Source: an uncultured Armatimonadetes bacterium (GTDB lineage: Bacteria > Armatimonadota > Hebobacteria > Hebobacterales > Hebobacteraceae). From it: 64,000 bases of DNA. Shown here in pieces: positions 28,388-39,772 of this stretch (its first letter is position 1; every line of letters begins with the position of its first letter). The DNA lies in contig OY970296.1 in NCBI GenBank assembly GCA_963716175.1, forward strand, positions 2,560,001 through 2,624,000. Reading direction: 5' to 3'. A program made the position numbers and the translations under genes. Below the pieces are notes generated by a model. That model ran no database searches. It had not been told where the DNA came from and saw nothing but the letters and a program-made list of their open reading frames with translations.

Positions 28388-28412
28388 GGCGGGCATGTCT
28401 CGCATGCCCGCC
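28384..28412 (+). repeat. GTAG REP supplying a stop codon, between convergent genes
   Basis: GTAGGGCGGGCATGTCTCGCATGCCCGCC. Confidence 0.75.
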
Positions 28413-28417
28413 GGCCG

Positions 28418-31261
28418 TCACATCGCCGGCGTCAGCTCATACCAGACCGTATTGCTGTCTCCGATCGCCAGCGCCTCCCCGCCCTCGTGTGCCGTCGGGC
28501 TCATCTCCTGGAGACGCTGGCCCGAGGGCGCAAGCGGGAAGGCCTTGAGCTTGCGGCCGTGCCAGATTACCCTCCCCCGCACCGGCTCGGCCAGCACAGG
28601 TCTCTTGCCGGCGGTGGCGGCAAAGTCGTCTGCCGGGCTCGCCTCCCAGCTCTGCCCAGTGTCCTCCGCCCGGCCTACGGCGGTGAGCAAGATGCGAGAT
28701 GATTCCTTCAGGGGCCGGCCATCCAGCGAGCAAAGGCTGACCGCGGCGAAGGGTGCCTGCGGTTTTCCCTCAGCAGCATCGAGTTCGATAGTGAAGTCGG
28801 CGAGCTGAAACGTCCTGCCGGCCAGAAAGCCGATCGCCCCCTGGAGCTGCGGCGTGTTGACGGTGAGGGTGCCGTTCTCGGTGTCCCACGACAGTTGCCC
28901 GGTGTCGCTTAGCAGCGTGGTTGCTCCCGGTTCCGGTAGGTCGGCTAGCTTCAGCTCGCGCATTCTCTCTCGCACCAGCCGCCAGATCAGATCGGCATCG
29001 GCTTTGGCCCCTGCTATCGGGTCCTCGACGGTGATCACATCGGGGTTGTCCTGATCGCCGGGGCTCTTCGCCGCGGCGGTCTGAAGCACTAGGTCGGCCT
29101 CATGCGCACCTGCCTCCTGGTACCGGCTGCGCACCTGACACAACAATGGCAGAACCGCAAAGGGCGAGTTCCCCCGAAGCTCATTCCAGCTCAACTGCCA
29201 GATCCAGTTGGGTTCAGCTAGCACCTCCGCATCTGACAGCCGCACATCAACCCTGGTCTTGCCAGGGGAGATGTAGCTGTTGCGGAAGGCCAGGGAGGCG
29301 GCGCCGAACTGGGCCAGCAACACAGGGTTGTCCCGCATCGAGAACATGGGTGTGGTCCCGAGGAATTCCCTGTAGCCGCCGGGCTGGTCCCCGCTGTCGG
29401 CGTAATCCCACCAGAGGACGGCATCCCAGTCTTGGAGGGAAGCATAGGCCGCGGTCAGCAGCAGTCCTTCTCCTCTGTAGCTGGTGTCACAGTAGTTGAC
29501 CTCGGTGATGGCGAAGGGCTTGCCCGATTCCGCCGCGGCCGCCATGGGCAGGATAATGCCCCCCCGCTCCTTGAGCATGGGCCGGTTCCGGATCCAGCGC
29601 CAGTCCCTGTGAGGATGATCCCAGTAGATGTTGAACTCCACATGATCTCCCACCAGGGCCTGCAACCGCCCGTGCGCCGTACTAGCGATCATGTTGGTGC
29701 CGGCGATGGGCGTCTTGACACCGATGCTGCGCAGGTAAGTCTTCATGCGCTCCAGATAGCTGGCCTCGGTCTCAGCGAGGAAGCGTAGCCAGGCTCCGCC
29801 CGGGTGCCCTGCCCGCCACTCCTGATATCGCGCCTCCAGCGCCTGGCGGCTGGTCTCCGTCATCCGGCGAGGTGCAAAGAAGATGGTGTTCTCGTTCACG
29901 ATCCCGATGAACGCGAGCGCCGGATCATCCACGTAGCGGAGCTTGGTGTACGGGTTCTGGTGCAGCAGCAGCTTGTCGGCGAACTCCCTGTGCAGCTCCT
30001 CGATCCGCGGCTGGAAGTACATGGCAGGGCCGCCGCAGTACGGCTGTTCCTCCCCCTCCATCAGAGGCACATCCACCCCATCCCCAGGCTTGAATCTCCG
30101 GTAGTGCATCAGGTCCAGCCGGATGTAGATGCCATGCTTTTCCAGGCAGGAGATGAAGTAGTCCATCCGGTCCACCATGGCCGGGTCGAACTGCCGCGTG
30201 TCGTTGCCTTCGGCGATGAGGCCCTCGGGGGCGACTGAGTCCAGTGTGAAGCGGACCATGTTCACTCCCAACTGGGCCATCCGCCGCGCAATCAACGGGG
30301 CGTGATCCTTCTCCGGGAGACTGGTTGCGCCGTCCAGATTCACGCCCCAGAACTTCACTGGCGTACCATCCGCGAAGACGAAATGCTCACCGTCCGCCTG
30401 CAGGAACCCATGCTTCCCGGCCGGCTTGTCCAGCGAGGCCGAGAAATCCACTGCTCCCTGGAACCCGCCCTCGCCAGCTTCAGGCACATCCGGGGGCAGA
30501 TCGAAGGGGAACCACCCGCTGCTGTCCGTCTGGGATCGGATCGTGGGCTGAAAGATCACCTTCTTCATCTCCTCTGACTCCACTCTGAGAGATTGTCTCA
30601 ACACGGTGCCAGCCGGTAAGGCTCTGGCTTGGTCGCTGTGGAACAAGTGAAAGCTTAACGCAAACGACGGGTCTCCCCACTCCCGGTTGTCCTGCAGCTC
30701 GATCTCCGCTTCCTGGGCGAGGGAGAAGGTGAGCTCGCCCGCCCGTAAGGATACTACGACCCGCTTCCCGCGGCCGTAGTATGGGTTCGGATTGCCGGCG
30801 TAGGTTCGGCCCGGGAGCGACAGCGTCTTGTCCTGGAACACCACCTCGCGCCCGGCGAAGCGCCGAGCCGGCATCTGGAAGCGGACGAAGACCGCGTTCA
30901 GCCTCAGCTCCCGCTCCGCCCGGAACTCGTAGCTCAACTCCACCCCATTCTGCAGGGCCCTGGCCACCAGGGTGTAGTCCAGGCTTCCGGGCTGCTCCTC
31001 CGGGCGTAGGCTGCCGGCGTACTGCCAGACATCGGCGGAGACCTGCTTCGGGAATCCCTCCTGAGTCTGCTCCTCGAAGCCGCTCCAGTTCGGCCCGTAG
31101 AGCCCAGGATCAACCTGGCCTAAGCTCCCTCGGTCAGCCAGCATCAGTACCATCTTGCCCCCATCTCCCAACCAGGCTGAGAGATCCTGAGCGCGTGCCG
31201 TGCCGCTCACCGCGAGCACCAGTGTCAGGCAAACCGACGCCATCCCTGCCAGTCTGAGCAT
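28418..31261 (-). CDS. Secreted clan GH-A (GH5-like) glycoside hydrolase
   Basis: Signal peptide; PAGKHGF, KFWGVN, GVNMVRF, GIYIRLDL, NPYT..DDPA, IVNEN (acid/base), ITEVN (nucleophile). Confidence 0.75.
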   Translation of the reverse strand: MLRLAGMASVCLTLVLAVSGTARAQDLSAWLGDGGKMVLMLADRGSLGQVDPGLYGPNWSGFEEQTQEGFPKQVSADVWQYAGSLRPEEQPGSLDYTLVARALQNGVELSYEFRAERELRLNAVFVRFQMPARRFAGREVVFQDKTLSLPGRTYAGNPNPYYGRGKRVVVSLRAGELTFSLAQEAEIELQDNREWGDPSFALSFHLFHSDQARALPAGTVLRQSLRVESEEMKKVIFQPTIRSQTDSSGWFPFDLPPDVPEAGEGGFQGAVDFSASLDKPAGKHGFLQADGEHFVFADGTPVKFWGVNLDGATSLPEKDHAPLIARRMAQLGVNMVRFTLDSVAPEGLIAEGNDTRQFDPAMVDRMDYFISCLEKHGIYIRLDLMHYRRFKPGDGVDVPLMEGEEQPYCGGPAMYFQPRIEELHREFADKLLLHQNPYTKLRYVDDPALAFIGIVNENTIFFAPRRMTETSRQALEARYQEWRAGHPGGAWLRFLAETEASYLERMKTYLRSIGVKTPIAGTNMIASTAHGRLQALVGDHVEFNIYWDHPHRDWRWIRNRPMLKERGGIILPMAAAAESGKPFAITEVNYCDTSYRGEGLLLTAAYASLQDWDAVLWWDYADSGDQPGGYREFLGTTPMFSMRDNPVLLAQFGAASLAFRNSYISPGKTRVDVRLSDAEVLAEPNWIWQLSWNELRGNSPFAVLPLLCQVRSRYQEAGAHEADLVLQTAAAKSPGDQDNPDVITVEDPIAGAKADADLIWRLVRERMRELKLADLPEPGATTLLSDTGQLSWDTENGTLTVNTPQLQGAIGFLAGRTFQLADFTIELDAAEGKPQAPFAAVSLCSLDGRPLKESSRILLTAVGRAEDTGQSWEASPADDFAATAGKRPVLAEPVRGRVIWHGRKLKAFPLAPSGQRLQEMSPTAHEGGEALAIGDSNTVWYELTPAM

Positions 31262-31470
31262 ACTAGGACCTCCCTATGTCACACCTGCGGACCCGTTCAC
31301 GGCCTACTGCTTCGCCGGGTACCGCCTGCTTCCTCCGGACCGGAGGGCCTCTCGTCTGGTCGCCTCTGGCGACCCGCAGCCTGCAGACCGATGGCAGTCT
31401 CTCCTCCGGGGGAAGGTCCGCCCATTGCTCCAGGAGAAGACAGACGCCGCGCGGCAGGAGGCGAGATCCT

Positions 31471-32340
31471 ATGATCGTGGACGTCCACACTCATCTCGTG
31501 GATCTGGAGACTGACTGTCGCCCCCAGGTGCTGGACGACATGCGCCGCTGCGGCATTGACCCGGCGCAATGGAGGTTCGCTGCGGAGGATCACCTGCGGG
31601 CCACCGCCGCGGCCGACGCCGCCGTCGTCTTCGGGCTCCAGGCGGCGAAGACGGGTTGGCAGGTCCCGAACGACCGGGTGGCCGCGCATGTGGGCCGGAC
31701 TCCCCACCGCCTGATCTTTTTCGCCTCCATTGATCCGGGACAGGAGGGCTTCCTGGCCGAGCTGGAGCGCTGCCATCAGCAGCTCGGCTGCCAGGGAGTC
31801 AAGCTTGCGCCCATCTACCAGGGAGTCCATCCTCTTGACAGGCGCTGCCGCGAGATCTACGGCTACTGCCAGCGCCATCGCCTGCCCGTCATCGCGCATA
31901 TGGCCACCACTTTCAGCAGCGGCGTGCCGCTGGACTATGCCCGCCCCGCCCACATGGATCAGGTGGCCTGTGAGTTCCCTGACCTGAGAATCGTGCTGGC
32001 CCACCTGGGCCACCCCTGGGAGGCCGAGGCCATCGCCGCCATTCGCAAGCAGCCCAACCTCTACGCGGATATCTCCGCGCTCTACTACCGGCCCTGGCAG
32101 TTCTACCAGGCGATGCGATTGGTCGTGGAGTACCATGCGGAAGACAACTTGCTGTTCGGGTCCGACTTCCCGGCAACCACGACCGCCGGCTCCATCGCGG
32201 GCGTGCGCAATGTGAATGCCATCCTCGGCGAGAGCGGGCTGCCTCGCATCCCTGACGAAGTGATTGAGCGCATCGTTCACCGCGACACGCTGAGCCTGCT
32301 GGGCTTGCGGCTGCCCGGGGGCGAGAAGGTGGAGGGATGA
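31471..32340 (+). CDS. Amidohydrolase_2 family protein
   Basis: VDVHTH, GVKLAPIYQ, AHLGHPW, YADIS, LFGSDFP. Confidence 0.9.
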   Translation: MIVDVHTHLVDLETDCRPQVLDDMRRCGIDPAQWRFAAEDHLRATAAADAAVVFGLQAAKTGWQVPNDRVAAHVGRTPHRLIFFASIDPGQEGFLAELERCHQQLGCQGVKLAPIYQGVHPLDRRCREIYGYCQRHRLPVIAHMATTFSSGVPLDYARPAHMDQVACEFPDLRIVLAHLGHPWEAEAIAAIRKQPNLYADISALYYRPWQFYQAMRLVVEYHAEDNLLFGSDFPATTTAGSIAGVRNVNAILGESGLPRIPDEVIERIVHRDTLSLLGLRLPGGEKVEG

Positions 32341-33392
32341 TGCTGCTGCGCACCATGCGAGCCCTGCAGCTAAAGGAAATCGGGCGCCTCGAAGAGGTCG
32401 AGCTGCCGGTCCCGGCCCCGAAGCCAGACGAGATCCTGATCAGAACGCTGGCGACCACCATCTGCACCTCTGATCTCACCGATATCAGCCACAACCCGTT
32501 CGGCACCAGGCTGCCGAAGGTGCTCGGCCACGAGGGGGCCGGGGTGGTGGCGGGAGTGGGCGAGGAGGTGGACGATTTCGAGATAGGCGAGCGAGTGACC
32601 GCGCACCCGGTGATACCGTGCGGCCAGTGCGATTCCTGTCTCCGGGGGCTGGGTCACCTGTGTGACCAGATGGGGCATCTCGGGGGAGACCGGGACGGCA
32701 CCTTCGCCGAGCACTTCTGCATTCCCGCCAACCGTGCTCGCCACATTCCCGATGGGGTCGAGGTGGCGGTGGCGGCCTTGATGGAGCCCGTCGCGGTCTG
32801 TCTGCAGGCGGTCCGGCGCGCCCGCGTGTCGGAGGGTGATGTGGTGTTGGTGCTGGGGGATGGGCCTTTTGGGATCATGATCGCGCGGCTGGCTCTTCGC
32901 TACCGGCCAGCGAAGCTGATCCTGGTCGGGCATCATGACTTCCGCCTGAGCCAGGTCCCCGAGGCGGCCGGGATCAACCAGAGGCGGACCCGGGACGCGG
33001 CCGCGGCGGTGAGACAGGCGAGCGGCGGCAGAGGTGTGGATGCGGCCATCCTGGCCGCTCCGTCTGCGGAGGGGGTGGATCTCTGCCTGCAGAGCCTGAG
33101 AGCAAGAGGGCGGTTGGCGCTCTTCTCCGGGGTGCTCGAGCCGCCCCCGGTTGATCTCTTCCGCGTGCATGTGAAGGAGCTCGAGATCCTGGGCTCGTGC
33201 AATGATGAAGACTATCTCGACGAGGCCCTCGCCTGTCTCTCTGACCCGGACCTGAAGCTGGGCTCGATCATCACCCATCGCCTGCCCTTCGCTGAGTGGA
33301 GGCGCGCCATCGCGCTGGCTTCGGAGGGAAAGGACGAGGCGCTGAAGGTCGCGATCACCTTTGGGGAGAGAGCGCGCCATGAGGATTGCTGA
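32337..33392 (+). CDS. Zn-dependent (MDR) sugar/polyol dehydrogenase
   Basis: ICTSD, LGHEGAG, CGQCDSC..C, EP, GDGPFG. Confidence 0.92.
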   Translation: MMLLRTMRALQLKEIGRLEEVELPVPAPKPDEILIRTLATTICTSDLTDISHNPFGTRLPKVLGHEGAGVVAGVGEEVDDFEIGERVTAHPVIPCGQCDSCLRGLGHLCDQMGHLGGDRDGTFAEHFCIPANRARHIPDGVEVAVAALMEPVAVCLQAVRRARVSEGDVVLVLGDGPFGIMIARLALRYRPAKLILVGHHDFRLSQVPEAAGINQRRTRDAAAAVRQASGGRGVDAAILAAPSAEGVDLCLQSLRARGRLALFSGVLEPPPVDLFRVHVKELEILGSCNDEDYLDEALACLSDPDLKLGSIITHRLPFAEWRRAIALASEGKDEALKVAITFGERARHEDC

Positions 33393-34527
33393 TGTCGAAG
33401 CCATGGTGCTGGAATCACCCTACGAGAACAGGCCGCCGGAGGGAGATGAAGAGGCGGCGGGTGTGAAGCACCTGCTCCTGCTCAAGGTCACCACTGATGA
33501 GGGCATAGTGGGCTGGGCCGACGTGGAGACCGCGCCCCACGTCGGCGCCGCGGCGGTGAACGCACCGGCCAGCGGAGTGGAGGCCTTCGACGGGCTGAAG
33601 GCGCTGGTGGTGGGGGAGGATCCTTTCGACATCGAGCGCCTCTGGGACAAGGTATACCGGGGCAGCATCTACTACGGCCGCCGCGGCGTCGCCCTCCAGG
33701 TGCTCTCCGGATTCGACATCGCTTGCCATGACATCATCGGCAAGGCCATCGGCCGGCCGGTTCATAAGATCCTGGGCGGGGCCTATCGTGATCGCGTGCG
33801 GGCCTATGCCTCCACGCTGTTTCGCCCCAACCCGGACGACATGAAGAGGGCGTGCGAGCGCTATCTCTCTCTTGGCTTCACCGCCATCAAGTTCGGATGG
33901 GGGGTATTCGGACAGGATCGGAAACGAGACATCGCGCTGGTCGAGGCCGCCCGCGAGGCCGCCGGGCCCGAGGTTGCTCTGCTGGTGGATGCCGGCTGGA
34001 GAGTGAACCGCAGCGCCTATGACGCCATCGAGCTGCTTCGCGCATTGGAGGCGTTCGACATCTTCTGGCTGGAGGATTTCTTGCACCCCGAGTGCTACGA
34101 GGGCTACGCCGCGGTGAAGGCGGCCGGCGCCAGAACTCGCCTTGCGGCGGGAGAGCAAGAAGCAACCGCCTGGGGGTTCCACGATCTCATCTGCCGGGGC
34201 CGGGTGGACGTGGTGCAGCCCGATCTCAGCCGGTGTGGTGGCTTCTCCCAGATGCGCAAGATCATCTGGGAGGCGGAGCGGGCCGGGGTTGACGTTTGCC
34301 CGCACGCCTGGCTGACCGACCTGCTCTCGGCCGCGAGCCTGCACGTGAACGCTTGTCTGCCGCGCAGCTTGTTTCTGGAGTACAACGTCTCCACCAGCCC
34401 GATGCTGAGAGAGATCATCCAGAGCCCGGTTCGGATGGAAGGGGACGGTATGATCCCGGTGCCGCAAGGGCCGGGGCTCGGGGTTGAAGTTGATGAGAAC
34501 GCGGTGGCGAGCTTCCGGATCCTCTAG
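33379..34527 (+). CDS. Mandelate racemase/enolase superfamily acid-sugar dehydratase
   Basis: YYGRRG, HDIIGKA, KFGWG, VDAG, WLED, AGE, QPD, PHAW, GPGLG. Confidence 0.92.
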   Translation: MRIADVEAMVLESPYENRPPEGDEEAAGVKHLLLLKVTTDEGIVGWADVETAPHVGAAAVNAPASGVEAFDGLKALVVGEDPFDIERLWDKVYRGSIYYGRRGVALQVLSGFDIACHDIIGKAIGRPVHKILGGAYRDRVRAYASTLFRPNPDDMKRACERYLSLGFTAIKFGWGVFGQDRKRDIALVEAAREAAGPEVALLVDAGWRVNRSAYDAIELLRALEAFDIFWLEDFLHPECYEGYAAVKAAGARTRLAAGEQEATAWGFHDLICRGRVDVVQPDLSRCGGFSQMRKIIWEAERAGVDVCPHAWLTDLLSAASLHVNACLPRSLFLEYNVSTSPMLREIIQSPVRMEGDGMIPVPQGPGLGVEVDENAVASFRIL

Positions 34528-34578
34528 CGCGCGGCGCGAGACTCGGATACAACCTCCCAGGCGTTCAAAGGAGTCGGT

Positions 34579-35247
34579 ATGTTCGAGACTGATGCCGATC
34601 GCTTCTCCTGGATGCGCCAGCACCTCTACGTCCCGGCGGTGTGCGATGCCTTGGATAGCCTGGGCTTTCGCTCTCAGGCCATGCACCAGCGACTGCGGCC
34701 CCTCGACCCCGAGAACTGCGTTGTCATCGGCAGGGCTCGCACCTTCCGCTGGATGGAGACGGACTATGTCGTGGAGCAGGATCCTTATGGCCTCGAGATC
34801 GAGGCCATGGACTCGCTGCGGCCGGGTGACGTGGTGGTGCACTCCACCGACTACGCCGGCAGCAACGCGCCCTGGGGAGAGCTGATGACCGCGGTGGCGA
34901 AGATGCGGGGGGCGGTGGGATGCATCTGCGACAGCCAGATTCGCGACTGCCGCAAGATTATCGCGCTCGGCTTCCCGGTGTTCCACCAGGGCATCAGGCC
35001 CCTGGACAGCATGGGCCGGGGCCGTCTGATGGCCTATGATGTCCCGGTGCGCTGCGGGGAAGTGCTGGTCCGCGCGGGCGAACTGATCTTCGCGGACTTC
35101 GACGGCATCGTCGTCATCCCGCGGGAAGTCGAAGAGGAGGCCCTGGGGAGGGCGGCCGAGAAGGCGAGCAAAGAGAGCGCCTCGCGGGCGGAGCTGCTTG
35201 AGGGCAGAAGGCTGCGGGAGGTGTATGACAAGTACGGGGTGTTGTGA
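34579..35247 (+). CDS. RraA-family (HMG/CHA-type) aldolase
   Basis: VCDALD, GRART, WGELM, IRD, GELIFADFDGIVVIP. Confidence 0.9.
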   Translation: MFETDADRFSWMRQHLYVPAVCDALDSLGFRSQAMHQRLRPLDPENCVVIGRARTFRWMETDYVVEQDPYGLEIEAMDSLRPGDVVVHSTDYAGSNAPWGELMTAVAKMRGAVGCICDSQIRDCRKIIALGFPVFHQGIRPLDSMGRGRLMAYDVPVRCGEVLVRAGELIFADFDGIVVIPREVEEEALGRAAEKASKESASRAELLEGRRLREVYDKYGVL

Positions 35248-35975
35248 AGCCCACAGGGAGCGATCGCGTGAACGTTGTGTCCGTGATGGCCCACCAGGAT
35301 GATGAGCTGGTCTGCCTCGGCGCCATGCTGAGGATGCAGCAGCGAGGCGACCAGCTTCACTTCATCTGCGCCACCGATGGCAGCGGTGGCATGGCGCAGG
35401 CGCCAGAGATGTCGCGCCAGGAGGCGGCCGCCATCCGCGACCGCGAGATGCGGGACCTGGCCCGCCAGCTCGGCGCCAGCTACACCTGCCTGGGCGAGCG
35501 GGATGAGTATCTCTACGACACGCCTGAGCTTCGCGATCTCCTGATCAATGCCATCCGCGCCTGCCGCGCCGACGTCATCTTCACCCATTTCAGCCCTGAC
35601 TACAACCTGGATCACATGACTGTGAGCTCGCTGGTGCGCCAGTGCGCGATGCAGGCGCCCTTTCCCATGATCCCCACCCCGGCCGCCCCTTTGGCTGCAG
35701 CTCCCGCGGTCTTCCTGGTGGAGCCCAGCGGAGGATTCGAGTTCGACCCCACCCACTACGTGGACATCACTGATGTGGTGGAGCGGAAGACGGAGCTGGC
35801 CCGCTGCCACCGGAGCCAGGAGGAAGCCCTCCGCGCGGCCCTGGGCGAAGGGATTGACGATTGGATCCTGGGTACTTCGCGCTATCGCGGCTCCCAGGTC
35901 GGCGTCGAGCATGCCGAAGGCTTTCGGCCCATGCTCTCGCGCGGCTTCGTGAAGGCCTATTCCATCTTACCGTGA
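35244..35975 (+). CDS. PIG-L family deacetylase
   Basis: AHQDDE, TDG, IRDRE, TH..DYNLDH, HRSQ, AEGF. Confidence 0.9.
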   Translation: MKPTGSDRVNVVSVMAHQDDELVCLGAMLRMQQRGDQLHFICATDGSGGMAQAPEMSRQEAAAIRDREMRDLARQLGASYTCLGERDEYLYDTPELRDLLINAIRACRADVIFTHFSPDYNLDHMTVSSLVRQCAMQAPFPMIPTPAAPLAAAPAVFLVEPSGGFEFDPTHYVDITDVVERKTELARCHRSQEEALRAALGEGIDDWILGTSRYRGSQVGVEHAEGFRPMLSRGFVKAYSILP

Positions 35976-36043
35976 ACGGGGAGCCGCAGGGACCTCCCTC
36001 TGCCCCGTCGAACCATGGCGTCAACTGGGTTGCCGAGGAGGTA

Positions 36044-36889
36044 ATGGCCGTGCCCGAGTTCCCGAGGACGATGGTGGGCGGAGTCTCCATGCCGCGGCTC
36101 ATATGCGGCAGCAACTGGATGCTGGGCTACTCGCACACCAGCCAGGCCAAGAATCGCCTGATCAAGGAGATGTTCGACACCCCGACCAAGGTGGCCGACG
36201 TGGTGGAGGTGTTCGCGCGCGCCGGCTGCAATGCCTTCATGTGTATGGGCGACCGCTTCGTGGCCGACGCTCTGAAGGAGGTGGAGCAGAGGACGGGCGT
36301 TCCCATGATCCTGATCTCTACCCCTGGCTATATGGAGCCCGGCAATCCGGATACCTGGAAGAAGGCGGTGGATGACGCCAAGGCCTTCGGCGCCACCTTC
36401 TGCTTTCCCCATCAGAACGTGACGGATCCCCGCATTGACCGCGTGAACCGCTGTCTCTCGCCTCAGTTGGTGGAGCACCTGCGGTATGTCCGCGAGATGG
36501 GCATGATCCCCGGGCTCAGCAGCCATACTCCCGACGCGATCGTCTGCTCGGACGCCTCGGGCGCCGATATCGAGAGCTACATCCAGCCCTACAACGCGGC
36601 TGGGTTTCTCTGCGAGGTGGAGACGGACTGGCTGCAGCAGATCATCGCCAATGCCCACAAGCCAGTGATGACCATCAAGCCCCTGGCGGCAGGCCGCTTG
36701 CTGCCTCCCACCGGCCTGGCCTTCGTCTGGAACACCATCCGGGACTGCGACATGGTCACCATCGGGACCATGAGCAGCTACGAGGCCGAGGAGGTGATTG
36801 AGCACAGCCTGGCCTGCCTGGAGAAGCGGAAGGCTGAGGTGGAGCTCCAGGTGACGCGGAGCAAGAAGAGCCTGCTGGCCGAGCCGTAG
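36044..36889 (+). CDS. Hypothetical aldo/keto-reductase-like TIM-barrel protein
   Basis: RLICGSNWMLGYSH, PGLSSH, IKPLAAGR, IG; RBS GAGGAGG. Confidence 0.65.
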   Translation: MAVPEFPRTMVGGVSMPRLICGSNWMLGYSHTSQAKNRLIKEMFDTPTKVADVVEVFARAGCNAFMCMGDRFVADALKEVEQRTGVPMILISTPGYMEPGNPDTWKKAVDDAKAFGATFCFPHQNVTDPRIDRVNRCLSPQLVEHLRYVREMGMIPGLSSHTPDAIVCSDASGADIESYIQPYNAAGFLCEVETDWLQQIIANAHKPVMTIKPLAAGRLLPPTGLAFVWNTIRDCDMVTIGTMSSYEAEEVIEHSLACLEKRKAEVELQVTRSKKSLLAEP

Positions 36890-36928
36890 CCGGTTCCGAG
36901 ACGGAGCAGATCGAAAGGAGAGCCGCCG

Positions 36929-37708
<780 letters not shown>

Positions 37709-37711
37709 CGG

Positions 37712-38830
37712 CTATCCCTCCTGCCCCATGGGACAGGTGACCGCGGCCTCGAACATGGCCACGATGTTCTCGGGCGGAGTTCCGCTCTGAATGGCGTGAG
37801 AGGGGCCGAGGATGTACCCCGCGCCTCGGCCCAGGATGCGGATGTAGTCCCGGACCTCTTCCCGAACATCGGCGACGCTGCCGAAGGGAAGTGTGGTCTG
37901 GACGCTGATCCCTCCCTCGAAGCAAAGGCGGTCGCCGTACTTCGCCTTCATCGCCACTGGATCCATTCCGTCCGCGCTGAACTGGAGCGCTTGCAGCACA
38001 TCCACTCCCATATCAATCAGCCCCGCGACGGCGTCCATCACGCCGCCGTCGGAGTGGTAGATGACTCCCGTGTCGAACTCGTGAATGGCCCGGTTCAGGC
38101 GGACGTGATGAGGCTTGATATGCTGCTCCCACATTTGCCGCGACATCAGCAGCCCGCGCTGGCCCACGATGTCATTGGCGGTGAACGCGAGTTCGATGCT
38201 GCGCCCGGCGGCCGCCAGGGTGCGGCGTGTGAACTCGATGTAGAAGTCGGTCACCCGGGCCATGATCTCGTGGAAAAGCTCGGGCCGCTCGATCATGTCT
38301 ATCAGAGTCTGCTCGTATCCCCGCATCCACCAGGTGCGCTCGAACGGGTTTCCGCTGTCCACCATGAGCGCGTAGTCTCGGCGCGCCGTGGCCTCGGCGA
38401 TGAGGTTGGGAAGCGCGGAGTAGTCCCACCAGTCCGGGTCAGGGAAACGATGGCGCCGGAGGTCCGCGATGTCGGTGGCCTCAGCTAGCGGGTAGCGGCA
38501 GATCTCATCATAGGCGGCTGCTCCATACCAGCAGGGCTTGCGCCACACGCCCCAGATATCTTCGTGTTCACCGCCGGCCGTTCGGCCCAGCCGCGGCCCG
38601 CGGTACTCGCGCCCCGCCCCCCGGTAGCTGCCGTTCACCGCGATCGCGTCCAGGAACCGTTCGAGGTACCGCGCTATCCCCTTCTCCTCGTCCACGCCCA
38701 GATGGCGCGCCAGAGCGGCCGGCGTCGTGCCCTCGAAGCCAGAGCAGATCAGGCTGATGGGCACGCGATCGGTCTCCTGGTGGTCCAGCGCCAATCGGAC
38801 TCGTTCGCGGGGGGAGAGTGATTCGTGCAT
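37712..38830 (-). CDS. Uroporphyrinogen decarboxylase/MtaA superfamily protein
   Basis: RERV..DRVP, DIWGV, YPL, YHSDG, GYILGPSH..TPPEN. Confidence 0.85.
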   Translation of the reverse strand: MHESLSPRERVRLALDHQETDRVPISLICSGFEGTTPAALARHLGVDEEKGIARYLERFLDAIAVNGSYRGAGREYRGPRLGRTAGGEHEDIWGVWRKPCWYGAAAYDEICRYPLAEATDIADLRRHRFPDPDWWDYSALPNLIAEATARRDYALMVDSGNPFERTWWMRGYEQTLIDMIERPELFHEIMARVTDFYIEFTRRTLAAAGRSIELAFTANDIVGQRGLLMSRQMWEQHIKPHHVRLNRAIHEFDTGVIYHSDGGVMDAVAGLIDMGVDVLQALQFSADGMDPVAMKAKYGDRLCFEGGISVQTTLPFGSVADVREEVRDYIRILGRGAGYILGPSHAIQSGTPPENIVAMFEAAVTCPMGQEG

Positions 38831-38964
38831 AGTGTCCCCTGGCAAGTGCCTGCTGCCATCTTCTATCTGGCTGAGCCCTGCTCCTGGTGAGAGGCCGCGC
38901 GGTGCCGAGAGGTGGCCAGGCCGGGCGCGGGGAACCCTTCGCTCAAACCCACAGGAGGGAAGCC

Positions 38965-39762
38965 ATGAAGTGGACCCTTAACACCTACGAGGTTGGCCAG
39001 GAGTGGAGTCTCGAACACCTGATCGAGATGTGCCAGAAGACGGGATATCCCTACATCGAGTTCCTGATGGACTTCCAGCAGCCGCACGGCCTGGAGTGGG
39101 ATACGCCGCGGGAGCGCTTCGCCGAGGTGAAGGGCAAGCTGGACGCGGCCGGGCTCAAGTTCGGGTCGCTCACTAGCTGTCAGACCTTCCACGCGGCCGA
39201 CGCCAAGGAGCGGACGGAGTCAGTGAAGCGGGTGAAGCGCGTGATAGACATGGCTCGCGAATTCGGGTGCGACCATGTGCGCGTCCTCGGCGACCAGCTC
39301 CCGAAAGAGGAGAAGGAGCGGCCGGCCGTGGTCAAGCAGGTGGCCGACTGCATTCGCCAGCTCGGCGAGTACGCGGGCAAGGGCATTGCGGTCTCGATGG
39401 AGATGCACGGCAGCTTCACCGATCCCCATTACTCCATGGAGGTCGTCAAGCAGGTGAACCTGCCGAATGTGGGCCTGGTCTTCAACGGGCAGTTCCCGAT
39501 AGGCAGACCCTGGAAGTACCTGCTGCCGGAGGGCGCGACCTCCATCAAGCCGTTTTACGACATGATCCGGCCCCACCTCACTTCCATTCACCATCACTCC
39601 ATGGAGCGGCCCACCGAGCTGTGCTATTGGCAGGAGTTCTTCCGCCTGGCGAAGCAGGACGGCTACGCCGGCTATGTGGCGAACGAGGCCGCTTACAAGG
39701 GGCCCGATCCGGAGAAGGTGCTGCGGCTTTACACGGCCCTGTTCCAGACCATGATCGCGTGA
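38965..39762 (+). CDS. Sugar phosphate isomerase/epimerase (AP endonuclease 2 barrel)
   Basis: GYPYIE, HG, VRVLG, MEMHG, GYAGY..E. Confidence 0.82.
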   Translation: MKWTLNTYEVGQEWSLEHLIEMCQKTGYPYIEFLMDFQQPHGLEWDTPRERFAEVKGKLDAAGLKFGSLTSCQTFHAADAKERTESVKRVKRVIDMAREFGCDHVRVLGDQLPKEEKERPAVVKQVADCIRQLGEYAGKGIAVSMEMHGSFTDPHYSMEVVKQVNLPNVGLVFNGQFPIGRPWKYLLPEGATSIKPFYDMIRPHLTSIHHHSMERPTELCYWQEFFRLAKQDGYAGYVANEAAYKGPDPEKVLRLYTALFQTMIA

Positions 39763-39772
39763 GAGCGCTGCT

